Assembly (NCBI GenBank): GCA_001949185.1
Contig: BDGG01000001.1
Coordinates: forward strand, 2,373,324 to 2,437,323
DNA: 64,000 nucleotides
Source: Ramazzottius varieornatus
Lineage: Eukaryota; Animalia; Tardigrada
Reading direction: 5' to 3'
Each line of letters opens with the position of its first letter. The first letter of the stretch is position 1. This document shows, piece by piece, positions 24,984 through 37,719 of the stretch. The notes under the pieces were generated by a model that did not search any database, was not told the origin of the DNA, and worked only from the letters and a program-made list of their open reading frames with translations. Both the position numbers and the translations under genes were made by a program.

Positions 24984-25876
24984 ATGACTACCGTCGACAT
25001 GGCCGACATGGACGTGGCTAACGGGCAGTTATCTCCGGCTCAAGCGGCAGCCGCGCGTCGTAGGGAAAAGATACTGAGCAACTCAAACAACCGGATGAAT
25101 CTTGTGACGGGAAAGTCTGAAGTACTGGAACCAGCACCTGGTAAGAAGTTGCTTTCATAGTTGCTCACTCTGTAACGCCTTCTGTTGGAATACGCTCCAA
25201 CCTCTAATGTCTCTCTTCTTGCAGCACCGGAGGCCAAGCCTGTAAGGACGTCTGCAAGCAAGATCAAGTCACCGTCCAGTCGTCGTTATATGCAAGACCA
25301 TACCGTCGTCCGAATTTTCCAGTGGCCGATACGGACTGCGATGTCCATCGGTGTTTCTTCTCTCCTCATGTTCCTCATGAGCTTTCATTGGAGCTTCGTA
25401 AGTACTATTTTGAGACTCCCAATGTGCATACGCGTTTGTTTACCTTCGTACATGCTCATTCTGCATTGCTGCTGTCTGTTTTTTCAGGCAAAGTTTCTCA
25501 TGGGGTTTTTCCTGCTCGAAAGCTTATATTTCACGCTGTGGCTGGTTCATACGGAACGATTCATGGGAGTAGACAAATTTGTGGTAAGAATCTCTCTTTA
25601 TTTCGCACATACATACAGTATGTCCTGAGCTGTAGCTGAATGGTTAAAAAAAGAATGTGATGGCGTTCTTAGGACAAGCTTCTGGTGGATAAGAATTACG
25701 AAAGTGGGGTGGAGGACTACCTGAACCTTTCCGAGATATTCCTGGGACTTCAAGGCGTGAAGGCGCGGATGTACCGCAGCATAGTGATGCGAGGGATGCA
25801 GTCAGCTGCCGATTTTACCATTTATACAAGTATTTATTTAGTTTATTGCTCCTTTTTGACGTCGTCGTCTTCGTGA
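24984..25876 (+). CDS. CAMLG: CAML/GET2-like tail-anchored protein insertion receptor
   Basis: N-terminal AAARRREKILSNSNNRMNLVTG matches the CAML/Get2 RRRKIL..S..R...I.G motif. It is followed by about three hydrophobic helices in spliced exons. Confidence 0.7.
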
Positions 25877-26104
25877 ATATTGGCACAGCTATTAGCTGGC
25901 GTTGCCTCTGAGGTACGCTAAGTAGGCGCTTTACGACACTTCCTTTTTTGCGTTATTGCCGCCGTTAGTGTCTGTCAGACATCGAAACAAAATAGCAAAC
26001 AAAAAAGCAGTGAAACTCTGGTAAAGCCATAGTATTTACAATAAATTAACTTTAAATGCATCTAGGGACATGTTTCATGGGCTACCAGGAACTGGAGGAA
26101 GGTA

Positions 26105-27936
26105 TCACAGGCCACCCAGGTCAAGTCTACTCTGGGCGTCGAAGGCTTTGGTCTGAATAATAGCGTGAGCCATCCGACAAATCTGCGACAAATACTGTAG
26201 GTTAACTTCAGCATTTTCCTTTCATGTTGTCCTTCAAAAGGTTCGTCGGACCTTCGTCCTTACTGTACCTTGGAGGTCGCGGAGCAAACAAGATGGCTTG
26301 TTTTTTCCAGGAACCACATGTCAGCAATGGACTTGAGCATAGTCTCGTCCTTGGCTGTGTGTCGTCCGGTGAGGCGCGGGAGAACGTTTTGGCTGGACAG
26401 TACCGTATACTGTGGATATCTAAAGAAACCAGTACTGTACAGGTAAGAAACCACATTGACCTTTTGGCGAGTTACACGCTCTCACCTGAGACGCAGTTCA
26501 GCGTAAACTACGGGAATATCCGATACTACGTAAAGTTTCCTCTGATCCAAGTCTGTCGAAGGGTCCAGTCGCTGGTAATGTTCCGCGATCACAGCCATGT
26601 AATCTGCTAACAACTCTGAATCATCTTTCGATAACCGGCCATGTGAGGGACGCTGGATATGTACACCCACGACATCTGGACGGAAGCCAATGACGTCGTG
26701 CTTGTCCTTGAACTCTTCCTGGAGACGTGGCCGCAGCCGCCAGATGTTCTCTAACATCTGACCGGTCCACCATGCATCAGGGTCGGGATGAAACTGGCTG
26801 ATGAAGTCTTTGTAGTTTCGTGGCATAGGTTGCTCTGCGCTCTGCTCAGAGCCAGTACGAGAGTAGAAGGTTGTCTCGTACCTTGGTTCTTGTAGAAGGT
26901 GAGTTTTCTGCTGACTTCGCTGGCACTTCGGACTCGGAGAAACTATGTAGTTGCTCCAGTCAAAGGTTGGTGGAGGAACTGGTGAGTCATAGGAGGGAAA
27001 TACTATTGTTCGGTTCAGGGTAATACTGGCGGTTGAGCAAGCGATGAGCTCGTGAAGGATTGTTTCTAGTCTGGTGGACGAGAAAGCATCACAGATGAGT
27101 ATCTCCGTCGGGTCGCAAGTAGCTAGGTTCTGTAGAACGGCATGATTAGTTACTGTTCTTTGTTGCAACAATGTTTCCTAGTGTGTGAACCTGGATGTCT
27201 TGGAAGCGCTGGTGGATATAGTCCGCAAGAACCTTTGCATGGAACTCCCTCCAGTGGTTGAAAGGTGCGGTTAGCTGTTCGAGTTCTTTCTTTAGTAACC
27301 TTGAAAATTAAAAATGTACTATTAAAGTCATCTCTGTCTATTCCAGGTGCCGGCACTAGTCCTAAACTCACCGGTGGATGTTGTCGACATGTTTCCGGCG
27401 CTCCTGGAACTCGTAAGGCGTGAGCTTTGGAGCATCATCGGTAGTCGAGTTCAACTGGATTGCGGCCCCGGTTGCCATCCCGAACATATCTAAGAAGCTC
27501 TTCCGTAGCTTTTGTATCGTCGGTACAAAAGCCGATGAGGAAGGGCTCAAAGGCATCGTGGGCGTACGCCATATTTTGGGAAGGCTCCTAGAATCAATCC
27601 CGCTGGTTATACCGTTGATTCATATGTACAGTATGTTCCAACGTACTTTTGGCGTTGGATGTCCGAATGCAGTCGAGTTCCTTCGAACTCTAGCCGGTCC
27701 AGCTCCATGTCCAGTGAGTTCAAAATCTGCGTTGTTGTCCAGTTTCCTGAATGGTTAGGAAAATATTTCATAACAACCTTTTGTAGGTCGCTGAGTCTAT
27801 CGGACCGGAAATTGTCATCTCGACGGAATATGGCCGGCAACAATAATAAAACAAAGGTTCCAATTGACAGCAAAGGGATGAGCCATAGTTTCCCAACAAG
27901 GGAAAAAGATCGATGATTAGACGACGCGCGGGGCAT
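26105..27936 (-). CDS. Divergent alpha-1,6-fucosyltransferase (FUT8/GT23)-like type II membrane protein, catalytic motif degenerate
   Basis: TM LWLIPLLSIGTFVLLLLPAIF. FUT8-collinear blocks QNLATCDPTEILIC, LNRTIV, PDAWWTGQ, VVGVHIQR, KLYVVSD, DMWFLEKTSHLVCSATSK|ICRMAHAIIQT. Stops before any SH3 domain. Confidence 0.75.
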
Positions 27937-29080
27937 TTGACCATCTTGACGGGGTTCTTCCGGAAGGTATGAATCTCGGTTACTGTATGTGAGTACGGCT
28001 GAACGTTCACGATGATATAATTTCGAGCCGGAAAAATCAAAGTCGGTGTGTGTTCAGCAGTTTTCCGCATGGGCGCTATCGATATGCAACATCAGTGAAG
28101 CGGATAATTGTCAACGATAACGATTGACTATGGGCATTTCAGCGGAAATCTGGATGGCTCTTTCAGCCACTAAACAGAGGCCAGATATTGGCGGCTTATC
28201 GAAACTATAGATCCAACATCGTTCCGCACTTACGCCTTTTTGTCGCTCATAATGGAAACTTTTGCTCCTTTCAGAGGTAATGTTGACGGAAAAGCAAGAT
28301 GGTACGACTGGTCACATATGGGTAAGTATTAATTGTATCACCATGAGGAATGCCGGCCGATGCGTAACAGAGCTAGTTCGTAATTATTAGTGCAATCGAC
28401 TGCATGAAGCACAAACGTTGTTTTATACTGGGTAAAAAAGGAACCGGTTTTCTGTTTCAGAGTCAACAACGCTGGAAATGGCCAGAGAAATTCGAGTGAC
28501 TGATGCTGACCGCTGGAAAAAACAAGACTGACTAGTACCAGTTAGTACCTGCTGGAGTGCTAATACGGCACGTAAATGAACTTCCGGCCAGACTGCTGTG
28601 ACCACTTACGATGACGAGAACCTCGACAGGTGGCGCCACTTTGCACGATTCTCTTTCTGAGGACACCAAGTTGGGTCGCCGCGTTTGAAACCTCATTCCT
28701 TTTTTTTATTGCATGATAACATGCAAATACTTAAATAATTTTGGACGGAAATAATACCAACAGTGTTTTTTTCTTGTCGGTAGCCAAGTACTTAACGAAA
28801 TCGATACTGACGCACCTGCTGGAAAAAATGAGGAAGGTATACAGTATGATATGTTGACAAAGGCTACTCTGGATATTGTTTCCTGATACTTTGTTTATTC
28901 AGCTGGAATTGGGATCAGACAGGAAGGTCGTTAAATGTGGCCCGCATAGTTGCGTCGGCACCCGAGAAATCTCATATCGCTGATAAAAACCTGCATGCCT
29001 GTAAAACAGTCCACATTGGTCATCCTTGTTCATCCTTATTCATCTATTTCATTTTGTCGAGTTTTTGTTGGTAGAGAATT

Positions 29081-31081
29081 ATGGCTCGATGCTTCGAACA
29101 CACCTGGGAAGTTTTTCCGGCATATTGGGCATTTCAGTCATTCACCGCCTTTTACACCCCGCTCGAATGGAGTCTCAAACAGGAGCACGACTTCAAAGAC
29201 AACCTGAAGATCATTGCAGAACATGCATGGATTTTAGCTCGACGAGGTCTTGCACTTGCGTTCCTAGGTTTATCCTTCATCTGGTTGATATTTTTCAGCA
29301 TCTGTGTCTTTAGCTATGAAATGTCCTTGTTCGAGAAGGGCAAAGCTAAAGGAACCGAGAAGGAGAGCAACATTATTATTCGCTTGCTGGACAACGTTCC
29401 TTGGACAGCCGCCATGTTTCGCAACGTAGCCATCCTATCAGTATTTTTGTATCGATATCCAAAAGTGGAGAAACTGACAAAGCAGCTGCTGGGTTTGTTA
29501 CACATGCTACAAGCAACGGCGCATCATACTCTGCTTGACGTCATCGCGTGTTCCAACAAAATCCTCCTCCTTTCCTGGTAAAGTATTACCGTACGGGGAA
29601 GATACTGATGAGTGTAGATTCGGGACATCCTTAGCTTTTGAATACGCTCCATGAAATTCAAATAATTTCGAAAAGCTGAATTAAAGCGCCGGCGCATGCA
29701 CTGAAAGTAAGTGTCTACCGAAGTAGCGCACGGTCTCATTGATCTCGGCTAGAATTGTGCGCCGCTTGGGAAGACGATCCTGTTGAAGTCATTTGCCGAC
29801 TTCCGGATTATTTAATTTTATCTTTACCTTCCGTATTATAAGGATATTTTTGCAGGCTGATTTTGTGTCTCAACTTTCTCCTTCAAATGATGTACTACTT
29901 CAACGTCGACTTCTCCAACTTGACCGACACCCACATCCAGTGGAACTTTGCTCCGATACAGATGAAGCTTTACGGCGGTCAGGTCGCCATCTGCCTGTTC
30001 GTCTTTTCCTTCACCCCGTTCTTCTTCGCCCAAATGGTCCTTGCGACAGTTGTCGGGCTTTCGGCTGGAGCTCTCCGTTTGGTCAAGCTACTCAACCTAT
30101 CGCTCCACTCAATTTACACTTCAGATCAAAAGATCAGAGATGGCCGTCAGAATACACAGGAAGTCGGGTTCTTTGCAAACCCGTCGCGAACGGAAGGTCG
30201 TCGGGCTGGAGAACTCATCGGTTCTCTGCGAGCGGTGCACTATAAGATCACCCAGTATATTGAGAATATCATTCATTCGTTTTCGGAGATCTTCCTTGTG
30301 GCTGTAGCTTGCGACTTCGCTGCAGCGGTTGGGTATATCGGACTCTTGATTGGTCGAAGATCTTCAGACGGACCTAATCATTACTTCACCCCGGTTTACC
30401 ATATTTTCGCGACGGTTACCTGGATGGGCTTCTACCTGTGTGGTCAGTATTGGCACTTGATCATCCTGCCCGAAGAGGTAAGAGATCGCCCACTTCAGGC
30501 TTCACGAAACTTTCGGATGCATAGATAAGTTCGCTTTTAGGCGGCTAAAACTTACGTTCATGTGGAAGCAATCTCCTTCTCGAGAGCAGTCAAACGCAAC
30601 GAGGTATGAAAACTCGAGCCCTATTGATCTTCACGCTAAAACAAAATACCGGCAGTACGGAACGGCTATATTCTCGTTTGGTTTCCTACAGAAATCGGAA
30701 CGAGAGCTCATGCATTTCCTACTGGCAACCAAAGATGCCCATGTAGGGATCGTGGCCGGTCGGCTTCTGTTCTTCTCCAGACACCTCAGCGTTACAGTAA
30801 GGAACGCTTCGCCGTCCCTTTTTGAAAACTCGCCCACATTATGGTCTTTATGTCATCAGATGATTACTCTGCTGTGCTCGTATGGAATTTTGGTGTACGA
30901 GCTCTTGCACCGCGACCAGCCGGGAGCCCACGAACTGTCATCCCAGCTGGCCAAATCCATCGAGGACCCACTGGCCGCCATCGCTATCGCCAACCTTACT
31001 GCTTATGGTGTTACGCGTTCCTTGATCGAGAAGCTGATAGCATATCAGAACATGTCAATGGGTGCACATTCGCTATCCTAG
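29081..31081 (+). CDS. Gustatory-receptor-like 7TM chemoreceptor
   Basis: Multiple TM helices over ~5 exons. IENIIHSFSEIFLVAV. C-terminal GIVAGRLLFFSRHLSVT|MITLLCSYGILVYEL resembles the GR TM7 signature (AGxF...TYhhhhhQF), with the typical late introns. Confidence 0.65.
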
Positions 31082-32169
31082 TTTCACACTCTTGTAAATT
31101 GTCGGAATTGTTGAAAATCTACCAAGAAACCGTCTGACGCCACTATGGGCTGAACTAGGAAGTGGATTTTTCACAAAGACTAAAAAAACACATCGGGCGC
31201 TAGGACAGGAAATTCGAAATACTGTAATATAGTAAACCACCGAACGGAAAACACCTTCTAATACTGGTAACGGTGGAGATCAAGCAAAACCACGGAATCA
31301 ACTTTTTCCATACGTCATTGTCTGGATCGTAACTGTCGCTGTCCAATGAGCTTCCATCGTCGCTTTCGCGAGTATTATCACTACCATTCATCTTCAACTG
31401 CACCTCGAAAACCAACCGGCCAAGCTGTTCACTTTTCATACTTTGTCGGGGAACAGATGAGAAACGCCCATCCGAGCGAGGGTTGTCTTCTGTTTTCTTG
31501 TTCTTCCTGATCTTCTCGTTTGTTGTCTAAAAAGCCACCTGCATCGATACGTTCTCTTTTTTCAAACTCCCGTGCTCAAAAAATTCAACACTACATCAGT
31601 GTCAGGGGAAAATCCGGCAAAAATATACTTTGAACGGCACGTTCTTCAGCCGCTGGGCCGTCATCAGCGGAAAACGGATGTAATAAAGCAGCGGTCCTAC
31701 GAAGTCCCGCAGAGCAGCCGCCGTCACTGTGGCTGGTTCGGTAGCATCGCTGGAGATAGGGTTGTCGTCTTCTGCTGTACAGCACGCGAAGCGATTCTAC
31801 GAATACGAAGACTCAGTATCATCGAATTTCACCCGCACTGCGTAACGTTATTTCACGTGGTTCTACAGACTTAATGTTTGATTGCTCAATGCAGTTAGAC
31901 TTCTTCACTATCTTTCAGGTTCAGTTCCGACCGTTGCAGAAGTTCTCCCAGCAGTTCGTGGTTAACGAGTGGCATGGTTGTACAGCTGGATGTCTTTAAA
32001 AAGTCGGTCGAGAAGGTTGGGTTATGGCCATTCGTCCGATGTCGGTCACGTTCAAGGGCGAGCCTACAACGCAAGTTTTTCTATAATCTGTTGCATGAAC
32101 ATCCTCGCTAATTTTGATTACACTAAGGTAAAACCGGAGTCTAGCGCAACTAACTCTAGCTAAAATTTT

Positions 32170-32690
32170 GCAGACGATAGCTGCGAACTTGTCTTTTGAG
32201 TCCCAGCTATCCAGTCCAGCGACTCGACGCTTACTGTTTTGCACACGGGTGAGAGTTCCAATTCTGCATACTGCACATGGAGCAATTCCATCCTTTGCTG
32301 CATTCTTCTGCACATGGTCATCTCGTCGTCTCAGTGCACATAGAACTCTGGAGGCTTGACCACATACAAAAGTCCAGCAACGCTTGGAGCACGGCCTTGG
32401 GAGAGCAATCTTGGCCGTCAGCGGATCAGCATTTGGTTCACAAAACATTGCGTGGAAGACTTGACTTCCGATCACGAGAAATATCCTGCAGAGATAAACT
32501 GACCGGTCTCCACTGCAGATCTTCAACGTTACAGGTAAGGGTACACTTACTTGTGGGCCGAGTTGGTCTCGACAGCACCCTCGTTGTCGACCTCGAAGAC
32601 GATATCCGCGGGGAAGGGAAGATTCTTCAGCAGGTATGCACCGCGATCCACCAGCTTCTTGATCTTTCCCTGCCATCCCCAGTCGCACTT
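32170..32690 (-). pseudogene. BTB/POZ-domain gene remnant (BTBD1/2/3/6-like), frameshifted
   Basis: DRGAYLLKNLPFPADIVFEVD...SAHK|IFLVIGSQVFHAMF matches the BTB start. The expected continuation QDCSPKAVLQALLDF is in a different frame within the same exon. Confidence 0.55.
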
Positions 32691-33209
32691 ATACGTTCTT
32701 CCTGAGCTGGACTAATAATGATCCTCCTCTGACAAGACGATATGTCCTTTCTCGATGGAGCAAAATAGATTGGCAGATGAGATTTCCAAAGCGCTTGAAA
32801 GTTGGACAATAGACAATAGTCAGCACATAAGGCCCAGGCTGAATACCAGCTGATCGTAGCGGAAGTACTGTACCGGCTGTTGGTGGATTGGTGAGTGCGG
32901 AACAACAGGCTTTTCCACAAGGATGCAACACAGTGGCGTACGGCTGATGAATTGATTGGTAATGCCTCTTCTCGGGCGAAAAGTGCCCCGCGCGACCTGC
33001 CAAAAAACCGTCTTTATCAGCTGTGTCGCAGTTTTGTGATTGTTACTTCAAACGGAAACTGGTACCACAGATTTTGCTTCCCACAAGCGATGACCCTTAA
33101 AGTGAGCTCGCTTTCATGCGGTCGTTGACGATTCCGGACCTATTGGTGAAACTGTGAGCAGGAACATCTTCGAGGACGCTGTAAATTGGGACTGGAGTTG
33201 GAACAAGTA

Positions 33210-34614
33210 ATGGCTAGTCCAGCTGCAGTTGTAAGTAGCGATCTAACTATGCTTCTGATTTTGTCGCCTCCTGAAATCTCGACCTAATGAACATCTTTCG
33301 TGTTTCAGGTTACAGGTGCGAACAAGGGGATAGGACTACAAATAGTGAAAGAGTTATGCAAGAAGTTCAGCGGAACCGTGTACCTCACAGGTGAAGATCG
33401 ACGTCTTGTTATGAAGAATAATAAAAGCATTTTCATATGCATGGTGTACCGATTACCGATCTCGTATCAAGACTCCAGAGCTATCAACAAATGCGGTCTG
33501 CCTGTTTTGCAGCTCGAAGTGCTCAACGGGGGAAAGCTGCCGCGGAAAGTTTGCAGAAGGATGGGTTGGAAGTTGAATATTTGAACCTGGATGTGACGAA
33601 CGTGGAAACGATAAAGCAAGCTGCTAAATACCTGCGGAGCGAACATGGAGGACTTGATATACTATGTAACAACGCGGGTGTGCTCTTCTATGTATGGTAA
33701 TTACTTTGATGTAACTGTACAACGCGTAGAAAACAGGGAGGACGTCCTGGACCTCCGAGGTGTTATAATGATTATTTTTCTCACTGAATTCGCTGCAGTC
33801 GAAGACAAAAGAAGACTTCCCGAAGGAAGCGGAAGAAACTATCGCCACGAACTTTTTCGGAGTGCTGAATGTATGCGAGTACCTCTTTCCTTTACTTCGT
33901 CCCCACGCGAGGTAAGTCACGACGTTATTGTCCCATCTTGCTATCGTCTTCCCCACCCTTTCTTCCTGCAGGGTCGTCAACATAACCAGTGGAGTGGGGC
34001 ATCTCAAATACATTAAGGACGATACCATCAAGCAGAAGTTAAAGTCCGATACTCTAACAGTCGACGAACTCAGAGATATCATGCAGCAATACTTGAAGTA
34101 TGATCCATTCCGTAGTGTAATTATATAGCCGCTTTTCGGAGTCAGCCTGGCATTACATGGGTTCTGTTTGCTTTTTGCAGAGCGGTGAGGCAGGGAGACT
34201 ATGAGGAGAAAGGCTTCACGGGCTATCCGGACATGTACGGTGCTTACCCCATGTCGAAGATTGGCGTAACAGCGTTGACTCGAATACAACAACGGATGTT
34301 TGATCAGGAACGACCAGGAGACGATATCATCGTGAATGCGGTAGGTTCAGGCTGCAGGTTAGCCATACTGTGCGTTTTGAATGCAGGATTTTGCTTCGCG
34401 ACTACTCAGACTGTTGCGTGTCGTTTAGGTTTGCCCAGGTTATGTCGCGACAGACATGACACAGCACAAAGGTGTTCTGACCGTGATGCAAGGAGCCGAT
34501 ACACCGGTCTACGCCGCGACCTTGCCACCGGTTTCTGGAGATGCCGCTCCGTCAGAGCTTCCTCGCGGACAGTTTATAATTAACCGGAAAGTCAGAAAGT
34601 TTCCTGGCTCCTGA
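33210..34614 (+). CDS. CBR1: Carbonyl reductase [NADPH], CBR1/3-like
   Basis: VTGANKGIG, VYLT|ARSAQRG, GGLDILCNNAG, TNFFG, YPMSKIGV (YxxxK), VNA|VCPGYVATDMT, GADTPVY. TGA at 34612-34614. Confidence 0.88.
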
Positions 34615-35436
34615 ATATTGTCAAGCGAGGTAAGTTAAGCCGCCGTGCTTGGCGGATGTTTGCCGAGAAGAAGTATTGTTCGACAACGGCTTTTCGGCAC
34701 GAGAATAACAAGAAAACAAAATTTTTCTCGTAGCGGAAGCCGCAGGGAAAGTGGCGTTAAAGCTTAGATGGTAATGTGCCACTTCCGGGTTGTCGATGCA
34801 AACTTACTCAAGTTACTTCGACCGTGTGATTTATGACCTACACATTTTATCCGCCTGTGCTAACTTATCAATTAGATTTTGTGATTTTACAGCTGGAGTT
34901 GGATTTTGGGTTGTTATGTTAGTATATCTGTTTATCCGGTTTGTAGATTTCAAGCGCGCGCTTTCTAAAAAAATTGGCAACTTTGCTGACTGTACGTGGC
35001 GCGTCGATGAAAATTTGATGAAGACTGCCACGGCGCTCGCTTTATCTTCTACAAGACGCGATGAGAAAGCCGCCCTCAGGAGACATATTCTCTAATGCTA
35101 GATGGCCTTCACCACAGAAAGACAGTTCATACGTCGCTGCTTCCACCGAGGATCCCACGTATATCAATACAATGAACGCCCCTTTCTTAAAAACCAAAAC
35201 AAGTTATTAGGTGTCATGCGTTACAAAGCGCACATTTACGGTACCTGGGTAGCTTCTATAACGAGAATCCTACCAGGCTATTTTCAGCAAAATAAAAAGG
35301 TACATCCATCCAAGCGAATCGAAAAGACGTAGAGCTGCTTCAGTCGATGTCGAGCTGTTCTTCCGCGGTCAGTCTATTTTCATTTCACCACGCTGTAACT
35401 CATATCACTTCCTCGATTGACACGTCGAGCGCTATC

Positions 35437-36886
35437 ATGGAATACCTCCTCGTCGCTTGCGTCGTCCTTTTGAGTGAGTCCTTACAACCGTTCTGTACCT
35501 ATCTCCAGAAGTTTCCCTTCTTATTTTGACTTGAAGAAAGAAGCCGTGGTGAAAGAGAGCTAAAATGATTTGTTTTTCCTTAGCTTGTCAGATTCGACAT
35601 AATAACTTATTCAGAGTGAAATTGATCTGTCTTGTGTCCTTCCAGGTGCTCAAGTACGGGCTCAGCTCAATGAGACCGCTCCTCTAACCGCCAATGGAAC
35701 CGGTCCAGTGACAATTGTAGCCATAACTGCCACCGGACTTCCTTCCGGTTCTCCACTCTACTCACGACCTGCTGTTCAACGTTTCGGTCTTGGTCAAAGC
35801 CCCTTGACCGCCGGGATGTCCGGCTATCCCTCAAGCTTCTCTTCACAAACCCGCTATGCACCCCTGGTGATGCACATCCGACCTGCGAGCTCCTCGTCGA
35901 TGATGGGAGGTGCTGGCGGCATGGAAATGCAGCCTCCCATGTACGGTATGGGTGGTATGGGTGGTATGGGAAGTATGGGAAGTCCTTACGGTCCCTCGCG
36001 GGGTATGCCCATAGCTATGGATCCTCGCATGTCCGCCATGTACCCAGGCATGTCCCAAGGACCTATGATGGGAGGTATGGGGGGCCAGGGACCCATGGGA
36101 ATGGACCCGAGGATGTCCGCTGTGTATGGTAGTCCCATGATGAACGGTGCATATCCTTCGCCATACGCTTCTTCCTTAGGTACGTTCCTCTCATCTCTAC
36201 CCTTACTATTTCTTCCTTCACCTTGAAATAAGCGGTCTTTTTTTTGTCTAGGTGGAATGGGTGGAATGGGTGGAATGGGTGGTATGGGCCCAATGTATCC
36301 CGGTATGTATCCGGGCGGTTCTCCAATGCCTGGTATGTCCGGTATGTATGGAGGTCCAGAAGATAGCCAGATCATCACTGGCCGCAGTGGTATGATGGGA
36401 GGTATGGGTGGCATGATGGGAGATTCAAGCGGAGTCTCCTTTTTCCCTTACGCCCGCATTCGACCTGGTCCCGGTCTCGTCATCATCAGCTCGAGAGACG
36501 GCCAAACCGGAAGTGACGATCAGAACCAACCTGACATCACCTCAAACAGTACCGACACGACCAACACAGGTGACGGGGAAGTCGTGGAAAGTACCATCGC
36601 ACCTTTCGCTGGCTGGAATGATACCGACATTACGGGACCAGTCATTGGTAACGAAGAAGTGATCCAGTCGACGGTTGGCACAACCGAAAGTCCGGTCATC
36701 GTCAAGGCCCTGCCTGTAGTTACGGCGTCGGCTGTCGTGAATGTTGTAACGTCTGCTCCAAGCGTTGACACTACGAAGACTCCTTGCACTAATCCGACTT
36801 ACATGAACCGACAGTTTATGGCGACTGCCATCCAGATGGGTTTGATTGCAAAGAACGCGACTTGCGTCGTTTTGGTTGACCAGTAG
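35437..36886 (+). CDS. Secreted Gly/Met/Pro/Tyr-rich low-complexity protein (3 exons)
   Basis: Signal peptide MEYLLVACVVLLS|AQVRA. GGM repeats and a duplicated PxxMDPRMSAxY unit. Thr/Val/acidic stalk. C-terminal PCTNP...NATCVVLVDQ*. Canonical splice sites at ~35474/35645 and ~36180/36251. Confidence 0.8.
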
Positions 36887-37283
36887 AAAGTCCTCCTGGT
36901 TGAATATCATTTTTGTTGTATATTATTTTAATTTCGAAGGAACATTTTCTATCAGTGAAACGATTGTTAGACTCTGTGGGACTGCGCTTGTTTCGGTGGA
37001 CGTTATTGAGTAAATTTTATAGCTGTTTTTATCACACATCGTGTCGCAATGGCTAGGTCTGCTGCTCTCATGTTGGAAAGCAGGTTTCTGCTACCGGAAC
37101 TGAACTGTACAGTTCGGCGTAATTTATAATTAAGCCATTCATCCGATCAATGAGCTCGCCAAAAGTATGTTTCGAAGCCATGCCATAATCAACTGGTGAT
37201 TGCTGTTGTTTACCGTTAAATCTACTAGGAAGTTACCGAGAACCTCAACGAGGCTTTCTCACAGTGGTGCTCGAAACGATAGC

Positions 37284-37288
37284 AAAAA
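37284..37288 (-). terminator. Pol III T-run terminator of 5S copy A
   Basis: TTTTT on the minus strand just 3' of the 5S end. Confidence 0.75.
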
Positions 37289-37290
37289 GA

Positions 37291-37409
37291 CGCCTGCAAC
37301 ACCCGGTGTTCCCAAGCGGTCACCCATCTAAGTACTAACCGGGCCCGACGTAGCTTATCTTCCGAGATCGAACGGGATCGGGAGCATTCTACGTGGTATG
37401 GTCGCAGGC
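37291..37409 (-). rRNA. 5S rRNA (solitary copy A)
   Basis: Reverse complement reads GCCTGCGACCATACCACG...GATCTCGGAAGATAAGC...GTTAGTACTTAGATGGGTGACCGCTTGGGAACACCGGGTGTTGCAGGCG. Length 119 nt, followed by a T5 Pol III terminator. Confidence 0.97.
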
Positions 37410-37719
37410 AACAGTTACTCAAAATTATCCCCTTGAAAATGAAAGTATCGAAGATACGGAATCGCGCCATGTGGCTAGATGGCTGTCCTCTTTATATAAG
37501 GTACTGGTAAGTTCCAATAGAGAGTTAATTTGGAACATACTGTAATATATTCTTGTTATCAGTAGAATTTCGTCAACAATGTTCCAAAACTTCAACAAAT
37601 AAGCTGCGGTGTTCGCAAAATAGACAGCTATGGCTTCTAATACTGTACAACTCAAGAGCGGGACGTAAGATATTGTGCTAGTGGCCGCGAACACCAAAAA
37701 CTGCTATTTATTTTACGGT

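Noticed and set aside
31200-31439. Acidic minus-strand ORF MKSEQLG...
   Set aside because: No family; may be the tail of the decayed BTB gene but cannot be linked.
35986-36414. Antisense PPI-repeat ORF
   Set aside because: Shadow of the GGM repeats on the + strand.
37225-37470. ORFs sharing the peptide LRPxHVECSRSRSISEDKLRRARLVLRW (also 44778-44990)
   Set aside because: They are translations of the 5S rRNA genes, not a protein repeat.
37100-37700. Possible spliced-leader or snRNA gene linked to 5S
   Set aside because: No convincing leader, donor and Sm-site arrangement, and the flanks of the two 5S copies are unrelated.
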